A stretch of DNA of 63,717 nt, the filler included, from Cercozoa sp. M6MM (lineage: Eukaryota > Protista > Endomyxa: Ascetosporea), in the NCBI GenBank assembly GCA_040357565.1. It is 8 parts of 8 records of this genome, joined end to end, with 100 filler letters (N's around TTAATTAATTAA, not from the genome) between each part and the next. Parts side by side here need not be neighbours in the genome. Positions count along the whole stretch, not along the records: positions 1 to 29,859 come from JBDODJ010000131.1; 7 more parts are not named here. One strand, given 5' to 3'. A model generated the notes under the pieces. The model searched no databases. It was not told the DNA's origin and worked only from the letters and a program-made list of their open reading frames with translations. The position numbers and the translations under genes are program-made. This document shows positions 1 through 12,832 of the stretch, one piece after another (the first letter of the stretch is position 1; every line of letters starts with the position of its first letter).

Positions 1-91
1 CAGGGGGGTTAATAGGGGGGTAAACAGGGGGGTAAACAGGGGGGTAAGTAGGGGGAACGGGGGGGGGGGGTAAACAGGGGGGTAAAACCCT

Positions 92-2460
92 CGTCGGCCT
101 CGTTGTCGTCGTGATGGCGATCGTTGCGCACGATGGAGTCCTCCTCGTCCTCCAGCGGCAGCGACGGCAGCGACGTCAGCGATGTCAGGTGTCGTCCGTA
201 CACGGCGTCCATATGGACGCCACCTGGACCACATGTACCCGTGTCTGTACCAACTGTACATCTGTACCCGTGTCTGTAGTACCTGTACCTGTCGTCTCTG
301 CCGACATCGCTTGCTCGTATCGCACCGCGTGCTGTCCACACACAACACCGAGGGGGTAACATGGGGAGTAGGGGGGGGGGGGGGGAAAAGGGGGGGGTAA
401 GGGGCTAACGCGGGGGGCGCGGCAAGGCGGGGGGTAAAGGGGGCGGGCAAAACGCACACTCCGCGCGGCACGCCGCCGCCGGGCACTCATGCGCACGAGG
501 GCCGAGCAGGCCAGCTGCGACGCCATGGGCGACTGCGCCGGCGGTGACGGTGCCACCGACAGCAGCACCGCTCGTGTATCATCTGATCGATCAGTGATCA
601 TTCGATGACCACCTGATCGATCAGTCAAGCCAGTGCGCACATCTCTGTCAGCGGTGGGCGCATCAGTGGACCTGTCGGTCGACTTGTCCTGAGTGACACC
701 GTCGGTATCATCGACGGCACCGTCCGTCGCACCGTCAGTGTCAGTGGCACCGTCAGTGGCACCGTCCGGGGGACCGTCCGGGGGCAGCATCAGCTGCACC
801 AGCGACGGCACGCCGCGCGTCTGCAGCGCCACGCCCGGCAGCGTCGAGTTCACGCGCACCCACCTGACTCACACACACACCAGTCACACCAGTCAGTCAC
901 ACGTGCCCACGTGCAACTGGCTAATCCCGGGAGGGGGGACAAACCGAGGGGCAAGAGGTACCGCGCCAGCAGCAGTAGCACGGCGCGCGCGTCCGCGCGG
1001 AAGTCGTCCGTCGCCTCGGCCGCCGGTCCGCGTGCCACGAAGGCCTGCAGTGCCGCCGTCAGTTGCGTGGCACCGTCACTGGTATCATCGGGAGTCACAG
1101 TGTCAGTCACAGTGTCAGTCGCATCGTCAGTCACACCGTCACTGGTATCATCATCAGTCACACCGTCACTGGTATCATCATCAGTCACACCGTCAGTCTG
1201 AGCCTCCTGTAGCAGGCGCCGCATCAGCGCATCAGCAGCGCCGGCGCGACGCAGCAAAACACGCGTGTCGACCTCGCCTTCGCCTGCGCCCACGAACTGA
1301 CGCACTGGAGAGGGGGTAAGGTAGGGCATAAAGGGTAGTGTAAGCAGGGGGGTACGGAGGTAAAGTACCTCGTAACCGCCGCTCTTTGGCAGTGGCGCGA
1401 CTCAGTGCGTCTCGCAGTTGCGTCAGGTGCTTCTGCCCACGGGGTAAAAAGTATAGGGGTAACGAAGAGAAGAGTAAAGAGGGGTAAAGAGGGGGTAAAA
1501 CCTGCAGAGTTCGAAAGAAAAAGCGTTGCGTGTTCGGAAAGGCTGCTGACGATCTGTGAGGGGGGTAAAGAGGGAGTAAATCGGGGGGAGTGAAAAGGAG
1601 GGTAAAGTGGGGTACACAGGGAAACAGGGGGTAAACAGGGGGGTAAACAGGGGGTATACATGGAGGAACGTCGACGACGACGCTTGGCGCAGGTGCGTTC
1701 GACGAGTCCGTGCATGCGCATGCTGTGCGCCGACAGGTTGTGCACCTTGACGTGCTGCATGCCACTCACGTCGACGGCCGTAAGGTCCAGTTTGGCGTCG
1801 CCTGTTGAGTCCACGTCCAAGCGACGCTCGCTGCGCTGTCTCTGTAGAGGTGGGGGTAGGTATGGATAGGAGGGTAGGAGGATAGGGGTAGGAGGGTAGG
1901 GGTAGAAGGATCGGGTCGGAGGATAGGGGTAGGGTTAGGGTTAGGTGTGGGAGGGCAAGGGTGGGGGTGAGAGGTAGTAGGAGTGGAAGGGTAAGAGCAG
2001 GGGTAGAGAGGTAGGGGAAGGAGCGTACCTGTCGCTCCAGCAGGTCAGCGTGTGCCGAGTACGGGTCCCAAGTCACCGCCGATGTCGCCTTAGTCGGCTC
2101 AGTCGCCTCGGTCGGCTCAGGCGCACCTGCAGGCACGGCAGCAGCAGCACCCGGTGTCGCCGGCAGTGCAGACGGTACAGGTGGCACACGTGGCACCTGC
2201 ACACGTGGCACCGGCGGTACCAGTGGTACACGTGGCACCTGCACCGTCACCTGACCTGCTGTTGTCGTGGGTGGCCTGGTGCCTGCCAGGACACCAGGAG
2301 ACACACCAGGAGGCACACTAGGCACACCAGGAGGCACCAACGGAGGCAGCATCTGGCCCAGCACTGGTGCTGCTGATCGACTCGCACCGCTGCCTCCTAT
2401 CGGCGGCAACGTCGGCGGTGCAGGCATGCCAGGCATCAGACCGACACTGCGTCGCTCCAT
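92..2460 (-). CDS. Multi-exon hypothetical protein (Pro-rich N-terminus, Asp/Thr/Gly repeats); 3' end runs off the window
   Basis: ATG at 2460 (MERRSVGLMPG...). GC-rich exons alternate with GGGGGTAAA-rich introns. Contains TDGVTDDDTSDG repeats. Confidence 0.6.
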
Positions 2461-2979
2461 CTCTCGGCCGCCTCACTCTGCACAGTGCACTACTTTGCAA
2501 ACAGTGCAATCTAGCCCTGTCTGATCGCTCTACCTCTCTCTCTCACTCTCGCTGCTGCCGAGCAACACCCTCCACCTTTTTACCGAGATTGGATTGGGTT
2601 GATTGGACACAAGATGCGTGCAGCCCCAACAAGGCGCCACTCGAGCTGCACAGAAGCTTGTTGCACTGTCTGCTGCTCGCCCAGTTGTGTCCTGACGACC
2701 TCTGACCTGGGGGAGTCGACGCCAAACCGAAAATAAGAATGGGTGTCCAGTCTCGGTCCTGTCGGCTCGTGATCCGAGTCGACACTTTACTCCTGCACTG
2801 TGCGCTCGACTAGGTGTTCTCGCGGTGTGATGCTTGCAGCAACGGCAGCGTCCCGCTTGCGGCTGCTCGTGTACACTTGTTTTGTCTGCGAAAAAATCTC
2901 TGTCATCCCTGCATGTGCGCCTGGTGTATGCTCTTGTGTGTTTAGGCGGCCGTCGGTCCGCCTGGCGGGTGGCGGCATT

Positions 2980-4430
2980 ATGGATCGCTTTAACTCTTTC
3001 AAAGAGAGCACGAAGAAATTCACACCGTCCGGTCATCAGGAGCAGCAGATAAAGGAGCAGTAGGATAGTCTGCGTGCTGCGCTGTTGGCAGGGGTGTTTT
3101 CGTACAGACGTGTGTTGTTGCCGCAGGATGGAGCAGCAGAGGAAGCACGAGCGGAATGAGATCGAGGCGCTGGCGCAGAAGCCAGTATTTGGTGCCGACG
3201 AGATCGCGGCCTTTCTGACCAACTCGCTGGACCAGGTGTACGCCGGTCTGCAGAACGAAAACGTTCCGCCCGAGCAGAAGAAGGAAATGACCGAGTAATA
3301 CTGATTCTACTTGAATGCTATTGTGAATACGTCTATATCTATATGTCTTAATACATGTGTGTATGCATATTTGTGCATGTGTCTGTGTGTAACGACAGGC
3401 AACTGGAGCAGTTCGAGTTCTTCCGGAAAGCGTGCGATGCCTTCCCGCACAAGATGCGCTCAGACTTGCTGCTCGAGTAGCTTTGTTTCCCTTGTAGCAC
3501 GGTGAGACACAAATCTTGCGTACCTCCTTGCGTAGACCGAACGCTCTGGGCGAGGTCACCGACGAAGTGTACGCGCAGATGGCGCGCAAGCTGCGAGTGC
3601 CCATGGGTAGTCCCTGCTTGTGCCTATCCGTAGGGGAGGGGAGAGAGGGAAGGACCAACACCTTTCGGTGACTGCGCAGGCCAGATCCCCGCCAACTGGC
3701 GTACCTGGTCGGACGACCAGCTCAACGACGAGCTGCTGCGCAGAGGCTGCAAGCTGCACAAGATCCAGCGCGAGTCGCGCCTCGAGCGTGAGCGGCGCCT
3801 GTGCGACCTGTGCAGCGCCGAGGCCAACGAAGGCCGCCGCAAGCTTACGGTGCCCTTATGCTTATTGCCTTATATGCATAATGTCATATATATATATATT
3901 AATGTTGTAGATAAATGTATATATGTAAGTGGATGGTTCGCGCAGCGATTCGTCGACTTTTGTCGCTCGCTGCGTGTGCGACACGCCGTGGTGCAGGCGC
4001 AGCCGAAGCACATGTTGCCGGAAAGCATGGCCGAGTTGGATGAGGTAGCCTCCTCATTACCCCTCTGAGTCTTATTTATCTGTACGCTTCTGGTGTGTTC
4101 TGCAGCTCGTGACGAGTTCGATTCGCAACGGCAGCGTCGACTTGCCCGACATGAGGGAGATCGACTTCAACGAGCAGACCATGCTGCGTGCCTTGTAAGT
4201 CTCCCCTGTGTCGTTCCTTTCTGGTGCAACTTGTGCCTGTGTGTGTGTACAGACATGCATGGAACATTACCCCCGAGGAGGGTGAAGGCGGTGTCTTTGG
4301 CTTGCTGCAGATGGTGCACGACAACGCTTACGTCGGCTATGCGCGCTCTCGACATGGTCCTAAGAAGCGCCTGCTGCGTAGCATGCCCAAACAGAAGCGG
4401 AAGCCCGGCCGGCCCAAGCGGTATTGGTAA
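2980..4430 (+). CDS. Multi-exon hypothetical protein
   Basis: Exons join in frame through GT-AG introns (MDRFNSFKES...KEMTEQLEQFEFFRK...KRKPGRPKRYW). It may extend to 4820 if GTAAGT at 4427 is a donor. Confidence 0.65.
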
Positions 4431-4441
4431 GTACCCGCTGC

Positions 4442-4729
4442 CTGGCAGAGTCGTGGTGCCGTGCCGATGCTTTTATACGGCCTCTCGTCGTGGACTTTCG
4501 GCTTTGCCGGTTCATCCCGTGCTAAGAACTGCAGTAAAACGTTACGGTATTGGTACTGCGGCCCAATGGCCCAATCACTAAGGGAAAGGAGACTGGATAA
4601 GTCGTCACTCAGTTGGGTCAACGTTAGAACTGAAGGTGAACTACCCCTACTGGGTCTCGAAGTGATCCCACTGGATAGAGTCGCTTTGCGAAACAATTGG
4701 CTCGGCTCCCCGGCCGGTAGGGCTTTTTT
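4442..4729 (+). ncRNA. Candidate structured RNA ending in T6
   Basis: Four consecutive 8-12 bp G-U-containing stems followed by TTTTTT. Confidence 0.5.
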
Positions 4730-5300
4730 ATCGTATCGTACAAGTAACGTCACGACCAGCAAGAAAGCGTTGGCGCGCGACAAGTGCCCAACAGCTCAAA
4801 CGTGCACAGCCCACGCATAACACAATTTGGCAGTGCTGTGGCAGTGGGCGCGCCTAAAGTCGCTCTACAACTCGCAAAATCCTCAAAAAACTGTCACAAC
4901 GTCCAAAACTCGCCACAGACCGGTTTTTCTCGTTTTTTTCGAGCCACAGTGTCTCTTAGAACGTATGCTGGGGTCTGTAGTTGAGATTTAGTTGTTTGCA
5001 CTATTTGACCGAACTAGAGGCCGTAAGGTGCACCAGACAAGGAGAAATCGCTCAAAATGGCGTTTCGGTGGCACACTCGGCAAACCGCGCGCTCTGGGGG
5101 TACGTGATGATGTGACCTGGCCACTGATCGGCCAATCCTGAACCCGAAGTTTTTTGTCAACCAAAATGGTGAGTTACACCCTTTTAGCTGGGCCCCAATG
5201 GTGTGTGGCTAGTGTGTGCTTGCTGTGCGTACCCTCGAAACCTCGTTTAATATTCGGTGATGTTCTTGTGTGTGTGTGTGTGTTGTGTTGTCAGACTGTC

Positions 5301-6109
5301 ATGTCAAAGCTCGTGGACTTTGTCCACCACCCGCATCTGCCCCACTGGGGCCTTCCCAACCTGCGCCTGCACCTGCGCTTGCCGCGCCGCCTTCCTCGCT
5401 TTCGCTCGCGCTCGGCACAGCGGCTGGCCGCTGCCGAGGAGGAGCTGCGCCGCGCCGACAAGCAATTCGCGCGTGTGCACCGCAGCTACAGCGTGCTCGT
5501 CTTCGAGCAAGCGACGGCGACGGTGCGTCGCGCCGAGCAGGAGCTCGCGCTCCAGCGTCAACTCGGCCAGCTGGTGGCCACCCATGCCGCCCTTGTCGCG
5601 GCCCGTCTGTGTAAGTTTAATATAACTTTCGCTTGTTTCGCTTGGTTCGTTTTCGCTTTGGCTTTTTTCGGCTTTGGCTTTGACTTTCAGTTTCTCTTTC
5701 GCTTTTTTCACTTCGCTTTAATTTCTCGCTTTTTCACTTTCAGTTCCGTTTTGTCTCTTTCCCGTCAGTTTGCATCTCTATCACTCTGTTTTGTGTGTTT
5801 CGTGGTGTAGCGGTGCTCGCCGAGTACCGCACTTGCGCTAGCGAACTGCCGCTTTGCGAAGCCGCGACGCCGATCAAGCGGTACAGTGGTTGTGCCTGCA
5901 CGAGGCCTCTGTCGTAGTGTCACTGGTTTAGATGCGTGTTCCCTATGAGCAGACGCACGCAAGTCGTGCGCGCTTGCGACTCAGTTGGCGAACGCGCTGC
6001 TCGCGCTTGCTTCGCCGTCAAGCGCGCCCGAGAGCAAGACGACTTGCCGTCCGACTTGGCCGGCGAGCTCGTGCGCGTACAGCTGGAGCTACTCTGTCTC
6101 AAGCACTGA
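5301..6109 (+). CDS. Hypothetical coiled-coil protein, 3 exons
   Basis: MSKLVDFVHH...AAAEEELRRADKQF; (TTTCGC)-rich intron ~5611-5810; last exon ends ELLCLKH-TGA. Confidence 0.55.
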
Positions 6110-6536
6110 CCCACTGTCGCCTCTCTCAACACAAGCTGCTTCCGCCCCTCGAACTGAACGTACATTACGTCTTTACGTCTTTAAGACTGACTGTACTCTC
6201 CCCCTGAAGAAACGCTGCACTAAACCAGCGGACAGCCTCTGTGTAGTATCGGCTTTTGCAATTGCAATCGCTCTTCTTTGATTTATCTCACTGTGTACAG
6301 CGTCTACTGTAAATCGAATCTGTTTCTGCTAAGTCCAGTCTAAACAGACAGTTAAGTACCAGAACTTCAGCTTTGACCCTTTCACTGGAGCGACGTGAGT
6401 GATTCCCAGTTAACGACGTGACGTTCAGTTAGTTCAACAAAACAACGCAAGGTCTGGCCGGGCGCGTTACTCAGCTCCGTTCGCGTCAGTTCTGTTAAAC
6501 CAAACGCCACGCCACGCAAAAACAGCTTCGCGCAAC

Positions 6537-7734
6537 TCACTCGTCGTCAGAGTCCGAGTCGTAATCACCGTCGCTGCTATCCTCAGGCACCAAGGCGGCC
6601 GCCTGCACAGTCAGCTCGGTCTCTGAGTTCAGCGATGTGGCGACTGTGCGCGCAACATGGCACTGCGCCATTGCTGCAGCGCCGCGCGGCACTCGGCCAC
6701 ACGCTGGGCGCGCTCGCGCAGCTGCTGCTCGAGTGACAGGAGCGGCGCTTCCAGCTCGCTGTGCGGTCCACCCCAAATAACAAACATAAGCCACACAACA
6801 CACACAATACATGGCGTGAATCGTTACGCCAGCTCAAAGTCGGCAAAGCCGCGCCGTGCGAACAGGTGCAGTGGCAGATGTGCCGTGGCTGCGTTGTCGA
6901 GCGCCTCCTCGCGGTCGATCTCGTCCAGTAGTGACGGCAGTCGGTCCAGTCGAGAGGACAGCTGCGTCTCCACTCGGCGCACCGAGATAGCTTCCGCAGC
7001 TCGCTACAATTTGAGGTATTTTCTGGGAGGGAAATTAAGTCTAGAGGCGAATAATAAAGGTACCAAAGACTGCAAAAAGTCACGAGCAGCGGCGACCGAG
7101 AGGCGTGCATTGGCGATACGTGGGTCTTCATCGTTGTTGTCGCACGTGTGACTTTGCTGCAGTGTGCTGGACGAGAGTGGCAAGTGTGCAGTGCGCAGTG
7201 CCACTGATGCAGTGCGTAGCACATGCTGCACCTGCCGACTGGTACGCAGCACCTGTGCCACATCAATCGGGTCCAGTTCGCCCAGGAAGGAACCAGCCGG
7301 CTGGTGCACCACCTGGTGCAGTGGTCGCACTCGCTTCCGACGTGGCTACATTCAGGGAGGGATACACACACACAAAAGTGTAGATAATACAGTCTGAGTT
7401 ACCGACTCGCGCAGTGCGTGCTCCGGGTCTTGTTCCCTAGGTCGCTTGGTCCTCGGGCCTTCTGTTGCTTGACTTGAGACAGGAAAGCTACTCAAGCAGG
7501 ATTATACAGGTTGAGGGGGGAGTAGATTTATCTTGTACCTGTGAGTAGGTTCGATTGAAGGATTCGACGTGTCTGACATGGAGACAGGGACCTCTTGCTG
7601 CTCGAGTGCTTCAGCAACGTGTTCCTCCTCGGGCACACTCGAAGTACTGGTGGCAGGAGGCATCTCCAGGTGCTGCACCTCTGCCGTATCGTTGTCGTTG
7701 TTATTGTTGTTGTTATTGTTGTTGTTGTTGGTTT

Positions 7735-7808
<74 letters not shown>

Positions 7809-8330
7809 TTGTCATCAGTGTGAATGACTGGAGGTGGAATGCTCTCGCTGCTGGCAGGAGTGGCAGAGGAAACCTCGATGCTGGAAACAGTCGGCGGTGG
7901 CGGTGGCGGCGGTGTCACTGCGACCTTTTTTCGCCTGCGCGGTTTGCGCGGCCTCACTTCGTCGGCATGCTCGGATGATAGAACACTTGGCGGCTTCCAT
8001 GCCGTTGATCTGCACAGCTTTTCTCAAAGAAAGAACCCAGACACCCCAAAAACAACAGCAACCTCTTGCTTCGTCGAGTCGCAACTGATTGTGACGCTGA
8101 GACCTGTTTCGCCATCTCTTCATCCCGTGTACTGCACACACAAAATCGTAACTCGAGCCTAGACGATGTGTGTAACTGAAGTACTCGTACCGAGTCGAGC
8201 GCGTCGACCTTCTCGGAACCGTTGGCATACCTCGCGGCCGTCGAGACTCGCCCAGGAGAAGGAAGGGAACGACTCGACGCGCAACAAACGTAGCAGCTGA
8301 TCGGGCACCGTGCACCAATTCCAGAAGCAA
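6537..8330 (-). CDS. Multi-exon hypothetical protein with poly-Ser/poly-Asn tract and a basic NLS-like patch; start uncertain
   Basis: ORFs 7502-7957 (RPRKPRRRKK, S/N runs), 7004-7330 and 6537-6812 (acidic tail). Confidence 0.5.
7695..7812 (-). repeat. (AAC)n/(AGC)n coding microsatellite
   Basis: GTT/GCT runs encoding poly-Asn/poly-Ser. Confidence 0.95.
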
Positions 8331-8615
8331 AAAAAAAACGCCAGCACGGAACTCTAAGCGTCGCGCAGACCCGCAAAGTATGTCAAACGAATCGATGCAC
8401 GCCAGTTATTGTGCCTGTTGTGGGCGAAAACTGTTGAATTCGCAGCACCGGCATCGATCAATCGCCCCCAATCCAGCCACCGACCGGACTGGGAATTAAT
8501 AATAAACAAAACCCCCGCGCGGAGGTCTGATTTATGTGAGTCTGCTAGTAGCTTATGCGTGCACTTCTCGAACCGACGCATCTGAGCGGGAACTCACAAG
8601 TCTGGAGTACAGTAG

Positions 8616-10102
8616 TCAGAACATTCGTTGCCAGAGCGGGAAGCACTGTGCCGAGAGGGCCTGGCACAGCTCGGACGACAAGGCAAAGTGGAACTTGCCA
8701 GTGCTGCACTCATCGACGAGTGCCTGGCGAACCTTGGCGACGTTCTCGCTGTTGACTACGGTGGAGGTGACAGTGACGCTGCCGTCGGCGGCGTTGGTGG
8801 TCTGGTGCCAGTAGTCGCTTGGGTAGAACACGAGGTCGCCGGCGCCGACTTGCTCGTCGTAGCACAGCGAGTACAGGTCGCGGAACTCGCATTTGGCTGA
8901 CTCAGGCAGAAAGGCGTTCAGTGGGCTTGCTCCCTTGTCGCCGCAGAGTTGCTTGGTGGCGTGTGGAGGACACTGCTTTCAGTATCAGTATTCTGCGTTA
9001 GTGTATTGGGACAAACTCACGATGAACCAACGCTTCGTGCCACGCAAGGTAAGGTGCCACGACGACGTTCGCAGCGCATCTTGGTGCATGAACATCCCGG
9101 CGTTGACTTGTCCCGCCAGTAGCAGGCGCCAGTGCGTGCGCAGTTGGAACTCATCCTGTCCCAGTTCAGTATTAGTATGTCCTCGATAGCTACAGTATAC
9201 CCTAGTACCTGCAGTTCGGGCGAAAGGCACTGCGACAGCCACTCGTCGTCGTTTGTGAAGGGACGTAAAAGCGAGAAGTCAACGGAAGCGACAACTTGGG
9301 ACCACTCGGCTTTCTTCAGATTGAGGTGCAGGTAGGTCGCCTCCAGTCTCTCCCCCGCATAGGCATTCTTGCCATTCGGAGTCGCAAAGAAGCGAAGAGG
9401 GTGGGCGAGTTCTTCTAACGCAATCGATAGTGGCTGAAACACCGGGTGCTCTGATGGTCCTTGCAGGTCTACCATACATGGAGATTCTCACAGCTTACTT
9501 TACCAGTGATATTGTAATTCGGTACTGTTGGGATAAAGCTCGGCACGAAACTGCGTTCCAAACAAGTCGAGGAGCCGCTTAGAATTCCACTCATCGTGCT
9601 CTTTCGGGTCAAAGACACCTGTCAGGACGAAAGCGGCCTCTCCATTCCAGTAGCGACGATGCTTGGGCCAGTGGAACTGCGACACTGGAACGCGCGGCAA
9701 CTGCTTGGCCTCTGGGGCGGGAAACTGGCGTGCCAGGCGGTCCCACTGCGCCATCTGACTAGCGACTCGTTGTTCAGTGCGCTGCCGCAGAAACTTTTGG
9801 GCCACGTCGCGATTGTCGAGCAGGTCAGCATGCTGCGCGTCGAGTTCGAGGCAGCGTTCAAAAGTGGCGCTAGCTGTCACCGGCATCTGCATTCGCAAGT
9901 AGGTGACACCGACATTGTTGCAATAGTCAGCATTGTTTAAGTCCTGTAATCTCGCCTCCTCAAACAACTCGAGTGCCTGCTGCAACTCGCCTGCCTGTGC
10001 ATGCTGCAAAGCACGCATGTTCAGCTGCTCCGCACTTGCATCCTGGGCTGCCGCTGCACAAACCAGCGCCGTGCAGACTCGTAGCACGTGCACCCACAGC
10101 AT
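8616..10102 (-). CDS. Signal-peptide TPR + JmjC (cupin) domain protein
   Basis: Hydrophobic N-terminus; TPR helices (ADYCNNVGVTYLRM); JmjC motifs MHQD...WHLTLRGTKRWFI and VFYPSDYWHQT; three GT-AG introns. Confidence 0.85.
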
Positions 10103-12832
10103 CTTTGGGATGCTTAGTTTGAGTTCATTTTGCTAGGGAGTCGCACCTCGTATTTAGACACTGACGAAACCCGCCACCTGCTCGAAAATACGAAAAATCG
10201 GGTTCTCATCAAATAGTGTGATTTTAAAGCTGACGCACTCGCCGGAGGCATGCTTTGGCCCACTATAACGGGTTCCTTTCTACGTGGATTGTCTCTCAAG
10301 AAGATGACACAAATACGAGCCACGCCAATGTGCTCGGGCGAAAATGAGTATTTTGGTTTTTCTGTGCGCCTGAGCAAGTGACTCTGTTGTCCGCAGATTC
10401 GCCAATGTGACCATGCGCGTGAGGATTCCAAACAATGTGCGCATGTGTGCCAATGGCATGCAGCGGCCGTATCGCGACGCAATTCTGTCGCTTGCCCAGG
10501 AGGTAAAACTGCACATCAGTCGATAGCAGTCAAGATGTAAGGCTGTGTCGCTAGATCGAAAGGAACGAAATGCTTCCTCCGCCAGCACTGGACGACTCGA
10601 ACAATTGGCGGAAGGAATTTGAGCTGCGTGGACAAGGCAAGCGCTGGCAAAGCATGGTGTGTTCGAGCTGAGTGAGTGATGTCACCCAGTCCACTTGAAC
10701 TGCAATGTGCAGGAGTGGATGTTTGCCGAGTGCTACGCCTACCGACTGATTCTTGAGCGTGCGAAATATCACAAGCATGGCATTGACCCGTCTGCCCATG
10801 TGTAAACTTCCTTTTGTTGCTGTGTGCGCTTGCATCTCGCTGTGTGTGCAGCAAGAGAGAAGCGCTGATGCACGCTTCAACGCTGCATTTGCTGACTTCT
10901 GTCACTTTGGCCATTGTACTTTTTCCCTTCGATCTGGAGTTGAGAAAGGTCTTAGTCAACTCTAAAGGATGAGGCGCTCGAGCACAAAGACGAAAGATTA
11001 GCGCTGAAGCTCGCGTTGCATGCGTCATTATGGGGCAACAAGTGTGTTGACTATCTTTTTTTTTGTCTATCTCAGGTTTCGTTTATGTTTAGTTCTGCTC
11101 AGGGCAGATTTGTGTTTCCTAAGCGAACAAGAGCGCCCTGCATTTGGTGCACCAACTCTTGTTAGTGTATAAATAATGCATGTGTTGGTTATGACAGAAG
11201 GAGACCTCGTGTGTGACCACACGGATGCAGTCATCGATTATTTGCATGTAACAGCTGCACTTTGTGAATCCACTCAGATGCACAATGCTCTACCTTATAG
11301 AACAAGACCGGCACTGTTGTGTTCATCTGCGATAATGCTGGCGCGGAGTTCATGTACTTTTGACACCGACACGTGCTTGTCTGAACATACAATGTGTTAC
11401 AGGTGCGACATGGTGCTTGCTTGCGTGCTGTTGCGGACTGGCTGCACGCGTGTGATTATGTAAATTTACACTTTGGTTTTTTTAAATTGGCAAGGATGAT
11501 CATTGATGTTTTCTTACCCCAGGTGTCTGAAAGAAGAACCGACCTTCATTAGTGACACTACGGTACATATCTTTCGATCAACGTATTTTGTTCCAATAAG
11601 GACTCTTGCTTGAGCTTTCGCAGAAACAGGACGCGGATTTGGTGGTTTCTAAATGCCGCGATTGGGCGCCTGCCTTCTTTCCGAACGAATGTACTTTGCA
11701 CTTTCACCAATAACAATAAATGCAAAAGTAACATCGAATCTGCACAGTACTGGAGAAAATTGAGTTCCAAAGCGATCTGTTCTGGGACTCCCCGCAGTTC
11801 TTTGACTGTATTCCGAGTCACATTGTGCAAAGGTAGTTTCGCATCCCCACAGAAGTAGTCAACTCTATTTCTTTTGTGTACACGTAGTTGGCAAGGTGCA
11901 CACACGATCATCAGCAAGGGTGACCTGAACTACCGAAAGTACTCTTAACCTTTCAGCTTTTGATTTTTGTATTTTGCTTTTTTCCGGAACTAGGTGGATG
12001 AGAGACAGCACCGAGTACGACGCGAGCACTCCACTCGAGCTAGTGGCTCAAACGCAGGCACTGGCAGTGCTTTCTCCGATGCAACTTGTGCTGCTGCGCA
12101 CTCTCAAAAGTGACGTACTTGCGGGTACAGAAAGCTCTTCCTTTAATGACCTTGAGAAATTCTGATGGTGTGTTTTGTGTCTGGCCAACCAGGCATCTCG
12201 CAGGAAGTGATCGACTCACACAATGCACAAACTGGCACCAATGCGCAAGGCATCGGGTACGCCACTTAGTTTTCGCTAAAACATGAATAAACCGAGTTGA
12301 GTGCGTGTACGCAGCGAGTGGCGCCACGACGGAGCGCGCGCTCTCGTGCAGCAGATTGCGCTTGAGTAATTGCCGCCCAAGCAGTGCCGGTACTGTGCCC
12401 TACTGTTGCCGCAGCTGGACAGACGCTGGCGCCCTGCTAAGTTGTCTATCACCTTATCGTAAGTTGTCTATCACCACATCTTGAGCTATCGTACTGTAAA
12501 TTCAGTTACATGGACAAGCCAGTCAAGGAGATACACTGCCCCAAAACCAACCCATTTGACCCGGAGTAATTAGGTTTAAGCTGTATAGCTGCTGTGAGTT
12601 TCGGGGGCCCTGCACAGCACCCTCGAGGACCCTATCAGACATCGCGCGGTGTGGAATTGATCTTTCAAGTTTTAATAATTGATCTTTCTTTCGGCGGTTG
12701 GAGTGCATGGCACATGGCTGTTGTGAGCGGAAAACCGGGGGCTGTTGTGCAGCACCGTGCAGTGTTTGCGTCTCGCTGCAATTTGTTTTGTTTTGTTACA
12801 GTTTTGGAGCTCTAAACCCTTTTTACCGTGTC

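Noticed and set aside
4639-4650. CTACCCCTAC as a telomerase template for TAGGGG
   Set aside because: It is sequestered in a predicted stem and the true telomere repeat is unknown.
9470-9530. Apparent in-frame stop or recoding in the JmjC gene
   Set aside because: A GTACCG donor after YPN gives a normal phase-1 intron; TAA, TAG and TGA all act as stops in other genes.
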